A program made the position numbers and the translations under genes. Below, in pieces: positions 53,256 to 64,000 of a stretch of 64,000 bases of DNA. The stretch's first letter is position 1. Each line of letters starts with the position of its first letter. The notes beneath the pieces were generated by a model. The model made no database searches. It saw nothing but the letters and a program-made list of their open reading frames with translations, and was not told the origin of the DNA. The stretch covers positions 62,744,001 through 62,808,000 of the forward strand of contig OZ024745.1 of NCBI GenBank assembly GCA_964016885.1, written 5' to 3'. This DNA is from Eledone cirrhosa. Taxonomy: Eukaryota.

Positions 53256-56026
53256 GAATTTGTTGTCACCAGTATATATTATCCTGGAATCTGATAAATG
53301 AGTGATAGGCACTTTAAGCAGCTCTGTTGTTTACTAAATAGAAGCAGATGTTACTACAAAGATCCTCCAGAAATATCAAATAAAACGTTTAGGATATGAT
53401 CTTCTAAGGATATAATAACTAAAATCTATAGTAAACGCCATCAGGAACAAAATTTCTTTGTTCGCATCAGATGAAATTTTCACTTCACGTAGAGACAAAT
53501 TTTATCATTTCATTCTCCTAAAGTTTTGAATCAGTAAACTGCTTTCATATTGGATCACTTCTTTCAAGGCTTTTAGGCCATTGTATCAATTTTAGAACAT
53601 TGTGCATTACATATGCTACAGACTGCGTAAAGTTTGAAAAGCAAAATCGCCATTTGCACTGTGTGAAAATACAGGCCATACAAATACACGCATACAAATA
53701 CGTGATACAATACATACATAAATCGTTATAGTCTGAAACTATTGTAACTTAGATACTCAATAAACATACACTCACAAAAGGTGTACAGGCTATAAACTTT
53801 GATATCGATATGATTGACTAAATAATTGGTGCCGTTGTCCATCATCATCATCGAACATATATACATATCCAATGCTATCTACTTAATTCTACTTAATGTA
53901 TCATCTTCTCTTCTTGGACGGATATTATCTATGACTAAGCAATATGAAAACTAATGTGAATGCATTGTCTAAAATGACGGCCTTTAATAGAATATTGTAC
54001 ATCCAAACACTACACATATCTATTCTCTTTCCTGACACACTTCTTTGTCTTGAATCTAGACCCCAGACGAAGCTAATAGGCAATATTTCGTTATAGTAAT
54101 TGCTGAGAATGTTAAACGATGTTTTCAATGAATCAAAACATCAATGACAAAAATATGTTGTTTATTTTTTATGACTAATGACTGGTAATTCAAAATATAA
54201 TGATTCTAAATAAACTAATTTTTAAAACATTTCTCTGACTTTACCCCTCTACCTTATTTAGATATGGATATTTCATTGTTATTTCATTACTCCACTAGTT
54301 TCTTACTTCATTCTTACGAACGATATTTTATTTTTTATTTTTATTTTTTATAACAAGACGTGAGCAATTATTTTTGTAATATTTACTAAGATTATTCTAA
54401 ATTGACTGGAGAAAATGTTAGACATGTATAAGTTTCAGAATTAAGAACTGTAATTGATGAATTACTAGTTAATGTAGACACAATTGATGAATTACTAGTT
54501 AAATTTACACTTATGTAAAAAGTCTCAGATGCATTAGCTACATAATCATTAAATATTGAACATCAAGACATGGATATTAAATATATTTATACAAACATTG
54601 CGTGCAAATGCTCTATTAATATCAGAAGTATTTGATCATCGTATGTCAAATGTTTGACTTCATAACAGAATAATGTTAACAGAAACACATATTTCAGTTA
54701 GCTAAAACGTCACAGCATCCCACGTATCGATAGGTACAGACATACACCCACACACACATAGACACACACACAACGCACACAGACGCAGACATTTATCAAT
54801 GTTAAAAATCTCACCTAATGTATATATACAGAGCTATAGACGTAATAGAGCTATAGAAGTAATAGAACGATTATTTTTTTCCTAGTAATAAATCTGAATC
54901 TGTAATCCATTATATTGAAATATAACCTCGATTGACCTGCCTCTTGTACAGCGTTTTTCTTTTAATATTTTATTTTCTGCTTATTCTCGCTTCTGACGAG
55001 GCATAGTATTTTCTGTGCATGAAAATACACACACACACACATGAAAATACAAACACACACACAAACGTCCACACTCATATACATTGAAACGATATAGTCC
55101 CAAACACATAAACGTACACATACGCTCATGCACGCACATATGAAACAACAACAAAGAACTCAGAGATATACACACAACATTGCGCATATAACACTATTAT
55201 AAGTCCCAGAAACACGCATGTATATATATATATATATATAATAGTTAAGTTAAATCTGTAAAATCTGGCTTCGTTTATTACAAATTATAGATATACTGCT
55301 ATATATATATATTTCGGTCCGAATTGGTGTGGGAAAGGCAAGTACACACGCTGTTGAAGTGTGTTTTACTCCATTAATCCATCGACATGTCCAGCTCCTG
55401 GTAGTGTTGTTATTTCTCTGGGGAACTGGAATCATATGAGTTTCAACAGACGAATTTCGGTGTCATAGGACACGCTCTTATCCCATTGGTCAGTTGTGAG
55501 TCAAAAGTCTATAGAAATTTTTCTGAGGCAGGACAATCTGTGTAGTAGTTTTTGTTTAAGTACAGCTGACCTCCTCCATTGTGTTGTAGTGGTAGTGGTG
55601 TTAAGGGGTCAGCTGGCAGGTCAGCTTTAGTGTGCGGCTGCTATGTTCAGAAGAATTGTGTGTGCAGGTTGGCATCTCTCCTGCCACCACTTCACGTGGT
55701 GGTGGGTGCCAAACAAATATAAAAATAAAAAAATGCGTTTGTTACAATCAATATCAAAATTTGAAAGATTAGAAAAATTTTAACTGAAGTAGAAAACCTG
55801 TGTGTCAGAATCGAGAAGTGTTAAACATTAAAGAATTACAATTCTTATACTATCATCGATTGGTGCGTTTTAAGAGCAAATGAGATAAAAGTGGAATGTA
55901 AAAGAGCAAAAACCTGAGTGGCCTAATCCGAAAATGCAAAGGACTATAATTCCTATTTCGGCATAAAGTACGTCAACGCATATCGTTCCAAGCACACACG
56001 CACAAACAAAGGCTCCGTTACATTCC

Positions 56027-56058
<32 letters not shown>

Positions 56059-56194
56059 GTACATACACACATTATATACACACACACATTTATATATACA
56101 TACACACATATATATACACATACATGTAAGTATCTATATATGTATAATTTTAAACAATAGTATATATGTATGGACATAGCTATAGATTGCTATA

Positions 56195-56608
56195 CATTGC
56201 TATAGAAGACGATCGAGGCAGGAGTGTGTAGGGAGTGGTTTATCTTGGGATCGGTGTGGCGGGGTTGCTGTCCCTAAAGCTTCAGGGAAGTTCCCATCCC
56301 AATGTGTTGTTATAGTCCATATAGCTTGAGGAAAGTCCCGGCCCTGAGGTGTCTACATGTACAGAAGAATTCGGTCCCGGGGTTTATTAGGCTACTTCCA
56401 CCGCTCAGTATCTCGAAGGTCTCGCTCAGACATAGTTTGCAGATGCCAGATCCCCCTCTATCAGGTGGTACTTTCCTGATTTTGGACCAGGCCAGAAAGT
56501 ACGGGGTCCTGTCCAGCTTGAGCTTCCAGATCAGTTCGGAAAGCGCCGTACTTTTCTTTTGTCCTCCCTATTAAAGGAATGGCGATTGTTATATCATCGG
56601 TCTTTGAA
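56195..56608 (-). mobile_element. Naiad-type GIY-YIG C-terminal fragment (third family)
   Basis: Minus frame STALSELIWKLK..WSKI..CKLCLSE..LINPGTE..CRH, stop at ~56330. Confidence 0.8.
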
Positions 56609-56617
56609 TATATATAC

Positions 56618-56691
<74 letters not shown>

Positions 56692-56694
<3 letters not shown>

Positions 56695-56828
56695 AACAAA
56701 CAAACCGAGCATTATAATAAATGTTCGGTAAACCCATACGTACATATATATATATGTGTTCAGGTATGTATATACATACTACTGTACGTCTGTATCTGTA
56801 TACATATATGTATGTATGAATACATACT

Positions 56829-56926
<98 letters not shown>

Positions 56927-57063
56927 AGTATGTATTCATACATACATATATGTATACATATACAGACGTACAGTAGTATGTATATACATACCTGAACACA
57001 TATATATATATGTACGTATGGGTTTACCGAACATTTATTATAATGCTCGGTTTGTTTGTTAAC
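56692..57063. repeat. Near-perfect palindrome centred on (TA)n
   Basis: ~138-bp arms. The right arm continues into a PLE end with degenerate HHR at ~57136-57178 (minus). Confidence 0.85.
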
Positions 57064-57767
57064 AAACAGCCCGAATTATTAGCCATACAGTGTTCGGCAA
57101 CCATAGTTGCCCTTTTGTTCAACACTGACAAAGGGACGATGAACTAGTTTTTAGCTTATTAGCTGTCATCAGCACCGCATACCTACTTGTCAGTAGATTG
57201 AACGTTTGAAAGTATATACTTTCTTTCTGTGTCAATGTACTTCTGCTTCATCTGCCTGTCACACCCCTCGCAGCTTTACGCTTCTCTCCACCGATCACTA
57301 ACCACTGATTTCCGAACTTTGTCCTATGTTTGCTGGACGCTGACATTGGCAGCACCTCGCTACTTTAACAGCTATTCTTGCGTTGAGTTTTCTTACGTTT
57401 CTATGAATATTATATATATATATATATATATATGAAAAGGGAAGTAAGGTTCTATACAAAACAGTGGTTATATAGAAAAGGTGAGATTTGGGAATATCAC
57501 TGAAATTATATTTAAGGGTCCGTTTTTCTTTTTCTCCCTTTTCTTTGATTCGTCAAAGTGTCATTATTGAAAAAATAATAGGAACAATTATTTTGAAAAA
57601 CGAGTTTTATAATGTATATAAAGTATATAAAGTGTTACCGGTTTCAATGTATTAATAAAATTAGTCAAATGTTGAGTATTACAATTAAAAAGAATTAATA
57701 AGTATTAAAAACTAAAAATTAAGTGTTGAGGTAAGTTTTTGCAGCTTCCTTGTTGAGACGGAGACTG

Positions 57768-57880
<113 letters not shown>

Positions 57881-57899
57881 ATATATATGATATAATTAT

Positions 57900-57974
<75 letters not shown>

Positions 57975-58269
57975 TAGAGGGAGAGAGAGAGAGAAACAGA
58001 CAGAGAGATGGAGTGTCTCTAGTATTAGGACCGAGGAGACCAGTAATCATGGAAGTACTCAATGCAAGGAAAATGCAGAGTGGGTATAGGGATATGGAAT
58101 ATACCAACCGCGGCGCCAAACGGATGGAATTTTACATCTCTCTCTCTCTCTCTTTCCCCCTCTCTCTCTCTCACTCTCCCCCTCTTTCCTTCTATCTCTT
58201 TCTATCTATCTATCTATCTATATATCTATCTATATATATATATATACATATATATATACATATACATAT

Positions 58270-58329
<60 letters not shown>

Positions 58330-58643
58330 GATTGAAATGAAGGAAAATTATGAGTCGTGATAGAACGAAAAGATATATTTTAAAGTCACAGAATAAAATA
58401 AAAAACAAGAATGCAATTTAAAATATGGAAGAGAGAGATAAGACGGTAAAATGGCTATTAAGTAACGTGAAACACCATAAGTCAATGTTGCTCGAGAGAA
58501 TGTTCAGTATTTATAATCCTGAAAATTCAATGGTTTGAAATATACAGGTTGGCAATAAAATAGATATCATATTTTCTTCCATTCTTCATAGACCATAGGT
58601 ATCTATAAAGATTGTCATCTAGAGAGTCTCCCTATACATACCA

Positions 58644-58714
<71 letters not shown>

Positions 58715-58786
58715 TAAATACTTATGTACTTATACTGTCTTGTATTAATTGTTTATGTATGAAGGTGTGTATATTATGAGAACACC

Positions 58787-59018
58787 CCTGATATTTGCTT
58801 TTTTGTATATCAACCATACACTTTTTCATTCTAATCTAACTCACATGTACATACCCATATGCATTAGCACAAATACACACTCACTTGTTTATATATATAT
58901 ATATATATATATATAAACAAGTGTGTGTGTATTTGTGCTTATGCATATGGGTATGTACATGTGAGTTAGATTAGAATGAAAAAGTGTATGGTTGATAAAC
59001 AAAAAAGCGAATATCAGG
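58787..59018. repeat. Palindrome centred on (TA)n
   Basis: ~100-bp arms with a few mismatches. Confidence 0.85.
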
Positions 59019-59159
59019 CATCAAATACATGAATGGAATTGAGAAAATATAACAGAAGCTAGAATATTATAGATAAAAAAATGCAAATGTTAATTATAAA
59101 AAATACAGTTACAATATAACCATATAAACAGCAAACTCAAGAACTCTAAGACTATTTAC

Positions 59160-59390
59160 TGCTATCAACATTTGCACCATCAATAACTTTCGCAGACTCC
59201 CAACAAAAAAAATTAAATGGAGATATTTGCTGGAAATAAACAGTTTTCTTAATCGAAGCAAAACATGAAAATGTATGCTTCAACAGATTAAACAGCAATA
59301 GAACTGAATGCCCTTGCATAAGACCTAAACGAGTGCGAGAACTACACGAGCATCTCCCGACTTCAAACGATGGTTGATAACAAATCAATG
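59160..59390 (-). pseudogene. Exon-like Cys-containing segment, possibly of the same gene
   Basis: 231 nt, phase 1-1, open, ..CFAS..NFFCWES.., A|gtaaat donor, weak acceptor. Confidence 0.35.
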
Positions 59391-59509
59391 CTTAATATAG
59401 ACGAGGAGCTGCCAAGGTTATAAGAAGAGTGTTTTGTACAACCCCAAATACATACATATATACATAAATACACACACACACGTATATATATATATATATA
59501 TATATATAA

Positions 59510-60195
59510 CAAGTAAGTATGTTTTGAAACAGTGAGCAAGTTTGAAATTAGAAAATAGAAGCTTTCACCGTATTTTTTGACTAAAGAAAATTTAGCCTGT
59601 TAGTGGGGCTTAGAAACCTCAGAGAATTGGAAAAAAGATGGGGATTGACGTACGTGGGAGTCGAACCCACATATTTGGTTATCCAGACCACTGTGCTAAC
59701 ATTACACTAACCCATCATCCATCTCCTTCCATTCAAATTAGAAGCTACATTATTAGCAAGTATGATGACATGTAAGTATGTTTTGAAACAGCAAGCAAGT
59801 TTGAAATTAGAAAATGTGGGTTCGACTCCCATGTACGTCAATACTCATCCTTTTCCGTTTCTCTGAGGGTTCTAAACCCCACTATCAGGCTAAAATTTCT
59901 TTAGTAAAAAAATACGGTGAAAGCTTCTATCTTCTAATTTCAAACTTGCTCGCTGTTTCAAAACATACTTAGTTGTCATCATACTTGCTAAGAATGTAGC
60001 TTCTAATTTGAATGGAAGGAGATGGGTGATGGGTTAGTGTAATGGTAGCACAGTGGTCTGGAAAACCAAATATGTGGGTTCGACTCCCATGTACGCCAAT
60101 ACGCATCTTTTTCCATTTCTCTGAGGGTTCTAAACCCCACTATAGGCTAAAATTTCTTTAGTCTAAAAATACGGTGAAAGCTTCTATGTTCTAAT
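59510..60195. mobile_element. Tandem plus inverted 258-bp unit containing a tRNA-like sequence
   Basis: Period 258-259 bp on both arms, inversion at ~59814, tRNA-like segment at 60028-60098, (TA)n flanks, fragment at 52420-52545. Confidence 0.7.
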
Positions 60196-60516
60196 ATATA
60201 TATATATATATATATAAGAAGAAACAGGGACTGTGTAGTTGCTGGAAAATCTGTACTTATAAATAAGAGGAAAGCACGAACGGGAGAAACATTTTCATTC
60301 ATCAATTATCTGCTGGGGATCATCAATATATCTACGATTTAAAGACAAATTATCTAACACCAGTGCGTCAATAACTAAAAGAAGTTCTTGGGAAAAAAGT
60401 GAGAGAGAGAAAAATGATATATAACAGAAGGGAAAAGTGAAGAAAAAGGAATAAACAGCGAAAAAAACGGGAAACAGTAAACCGAAAGAAGAAACCCGAA
60501 GCACATGTGTGTATGA

Positions 60517-60560
<44 letters not shown>

Positions 60561-60711
60561 GGACACACATTTAAACACACACACATACACACACACACAC
60601 ATATAGTATTGATATTTTGGTGAAAGTATACAAGTTGTAGAACATTCAGTCCATAGGTCGAGTTTTGATATACTAGGTTTTTGAAACAAGTTGAATAAAT
60701 TGGTATGTTTG

Positions 60712-60790
<79 letters not shown>

Positions 60791-62419
60791 AGTGTGTGTG
60801 TGTGTGTGTACACGTACACACACACTTGTGTGTTCCATAAATCTGGGAGTGGTGAGTACCATAGAGAACATTAGATTGTAGTAGCACATTTACAAAACTG
60901 AGCAGTCTCCGGTCTCATGGCCATCCGTCGCATGTGCTGGTTCGGACATGTCCTTTGGCTCCCATGAGATCATCCTATTAAGGCCTTACTCTCATTCGAC
61001 TCACCAGCTACGAGCTGGTAGAAGCCACTTGGTAGGCCCTGCTCGGATGGCTCAAGTTTGAATTTTTTTTTAAACGATTGACACTTATTCACATGCATGG
61101 CACTTAGGTAGGGCAAACAACCAATGATTATGCTTTATGAAATTGTAAATAAATTATTGAGAAATAAAATGTAGATCTTAATAAAAACATTTAAACGTAA
61201 TTGTCAAACTTTAATATTAGTATATTTCGGGTTAATCTGTGAATTACTTTGAAATTCATATAATTTACATGGTGAATCATTTATTATATCATTTTTTGCG
61301 TTGGTGTATGTAGACTGAAGCACATGCATAAAATGAAACCAGCCTATTGAAAGACCAAGTGAATTTCAAGTTCAATGTGATTCAATGGTCATGAAAGAGA
61401 ACGAACTTTTTCATCGAAGATATAATATTTGTTGAATCAGGAATTAAAATATTTGTTAAACAAATCCGAGATGCTATATTAATGTAAGTGCTCAGGGCAT
61501 TTCAATACTAATACATAAGCAAGACATGTTTCAAAATAGGAGATGTGAAATATGGAAAAGTAGAAGGAGGTCATCGAAGCTGCCTTATAGTATATAGGAA
61601 TAACATGATATTCAATAATCTAAGCATCAGATAGGCTAATATCCATTAAAACATAATTTCTCATCATTCATTGTATATTCAATGACATTAAAAAATACAT
61701 AATTTCTATGAGGATATCTCATTGAGAAAACACATCCCAGTGTCATAAAAAACATCATAACTAATAATATTGTGTTGGAAATGTATAGCTGATTACATTG
61801 ATTCAATTGTTTACTTATTCTTTATACGAGCAAGATGTTTAAAAGTCAGATTATAATATAGCTTAAGAAACATGCTTTGGGAAATATGTTAAAACAGTTC
61901 AGCATCTATTTTTTCATACCTTAAATTTGAATGAAAGATGCAGAGAGATTGATTTAAAATTTCAAAGATATTCTATCTTATAGGTATTGAAAGCATAAAT
62001 GCTAATACTGACTCGAAATATGAATTGCTGACCTGAAGTTTGAAAAGTCACTAGCTCAATCCATTTTCCTAACGCTCTAACAAATATTCTAAACCTATGA
62101 ATATGTTCTCAAAATTAAAATGCTTGTGACAATCAGGTATGGGGTGGCATAATACAACAAATTTTAATGAAATTGTTTTGAAATTGTATGTTGGCATTAT
62201 ATGAAGCGGAGTAAGATGTATGCGCATTTCGTGATGTCAGTACCTCTACCTGTCTGCCAATCGCCCTCGCTCTCTCATGTTCCTTTTCTTTCTAACTCTT
62301 TCTCGCTTATTCCTGTAGTTTTCTTTAACGACCAATGTTATTGATGTATGTCAATTCAATTTCAGCAAATTCTTTGAAATATACATTTAAGGTTTCTCCA
62401 TGTGTATATATATATATAA

Positions 62420-62494
<75 letters not shown>

Positions 62495-63136
62495 TATAAA
62501 TAGTCAGATAGATAAATACATATATAGATAGATAGATTGATAGGAGATAGATTTTATTATCACAAACACAAATCCAAACTGCTATGCAGTATATGTGAAC
62601 GATTAATTTAATCCCAGTAGTTGAGTAGTGTTTAATTTATCGAATCCCACCATGAGAATGATGAAAGAAAATTGAAAAGATTAGATCTGAGAATGTAAAT
62701 ATTTATATGTCACGTATGAAGAATATAATTTACTGAGAAAATGGTAGAGATTCGAAAAAAATATCATGCAAAGGAATTATTTCGTTTTGATGGTCCGGGT
62801 TAAGATTTATTCCACAAGATCAGAGGTAAACCTATTCATGAAACATCCATGCGTAAGAAATATATCAATCACGATATTGTTATATGTATCCGTTTTACAA
62901 ACTAAATTCTCTACATAAAACAAACTGCATTTGGAGAAAATGACTATAGATAATCAAAAGTATCAGACACGTCTAGCAGAGTAGAAATACTTTATATTGA
63001 ATATGATGTTCACACTCTACTAATGTATTGAGTATCTTTATAACTGTGGTTACCCCCGATCTGACTAACATACACACAAAAACACATACTCACACACACG
63101 CGCGCGCGCACTCACACATACACACACACACACACA

Positions 63137-63215
<79 letters not shown>

Positions 63216-63226
63216 ACACACACACG

Positions 63227-63260
<34 letters not shown>

Positions 63261-63262
<2 letters not shown>

Positions 63263-63345
63263 CAGTTATTCCCCGGTATTGTCGGGGATTACGTCCTAGT
63301 GCACCAGCGAAGTGTGAAAAACCGTGGTCCATAAAAATGCCTATA
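63261..63345 (+). mobile_element. Possible Tigger/pogo-like terminal sequence
   Basis: TA|CAGT start with hairpin ccccggta..tgtcgggg. No partner end seen. Confidence 0.3.
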
Positions 63346-63639
63346 AAGGTTACAACATAACGTGAGATATAAACCGGCAAATACGGTATATTGTTATTAA
63401 TTATTTAGCGTTAATTTACGGCATTAGGGAGCTGTCCATTGATCCCCTATTCGGGCAGAACCTTTCACAACAGGCTCAGTGGAACGTGACGAACAATATG
63501 CCTTTTCGAAGACTGCAAAACAAGAATACTTCCCTTAACATTAATTCTACACTTCCTTGAAGACCTGTCGCAGTGTAAATATTTGGGCAGCTGAAATCTT
63601 TTGCAAGAGAATGGGTTGCATGTGGCGGATAGTAATAGT

Positions 63640-63876
63640 TGTTTCTACTTTTGGCACAAGGCCAGCAATTAACCAGTTCATTACTGGTACTTTACTTTAT
63701 CGACCCCGTAATGATGAAAGGCAAAGTTAACCTCGGCGGATTTGAACTCAGAATGGCAAGGGCCGTAACTCTATGCGTCAAATCATGGCGTCCGACCCTC
63801 TACCGATACTGCTAATCCACCGCCCTATAGTGGATTGGCAGTATCGGTAGAGGGTCGAACGCCATTGCTATCCACC
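63640..63876 (-). mobile_element. Octopus-type SINE with fold-back 5' extension
   Basis: Full SINE plus inverted head copy. Direct repeat gtggcggatagtaatagt at 63622-63639 and 63877-63894. Confidence 0.88.
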
Positions 63877-64000
63877 GTGGCGGATAGTAATAGTGCTAAC
63901 AGATATTAGTTGCTACATAAGAGGGCTCCTCTATGACGAATAAGCAAACACTGACCAACAGCGGTACACTACTATGTGATACGGAGCAAGAGTAACACCG

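Noticed and set aside
60028-60098. tRNA gene with GGA anticodon
   Set aside because: Acceptor stem is mismatched, there is no Ser-type long variable arm, and it lies inside a tandem repeat unit

Overview
AT-rich eukaryotic DNA, very rich in (TA)n, (CA)n and (GA)n microsatellites. Its SINE family matches the one typical of octopus genomes, so an octopus origin is inferred but not proven. No intact cellular gene is evident. The window is dominated by retroelements. (1) Penelope-like elements (PLEs) from several families (Naiad-type, Neptune-type, Nematis/Neptune-type), most next to (TA)n tracts. Many carry minimal type I hammerhead ribozyme (HHR) motifs and share a fold-back layout: (TA)n, inverted arm, direct arm, tail, (TA)n. 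The largest is a young ~5 kb palindrome at 16831-21850. (2) Two near-identical R4/Dong-clade RLE LINEs with (AAT)n-type tails. (3) An RTE fragment with twin-priming geometry and a 16-bp TSD. (4) A MULE derivative with tandem-repeat TIRs and a 9-bp TSD. (5) About ten SINEs. Between the repeats, short minus-strand exon-like segments with splice signals encode degenerate C-type-lectin-like half-domains, probably a decaying multi-CTLD gene whose introns host these elements. The most notable points are the ribozyme set (a CCGAAGA core variant, an HHR with a long stem II insert, breakpoints clustering in HHRs), a ~250-nt multibranch RNA fold in the Naiad 3' region and a tRNA-like 258-bp tandem unit. 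All calls were made by eye, with no database search.
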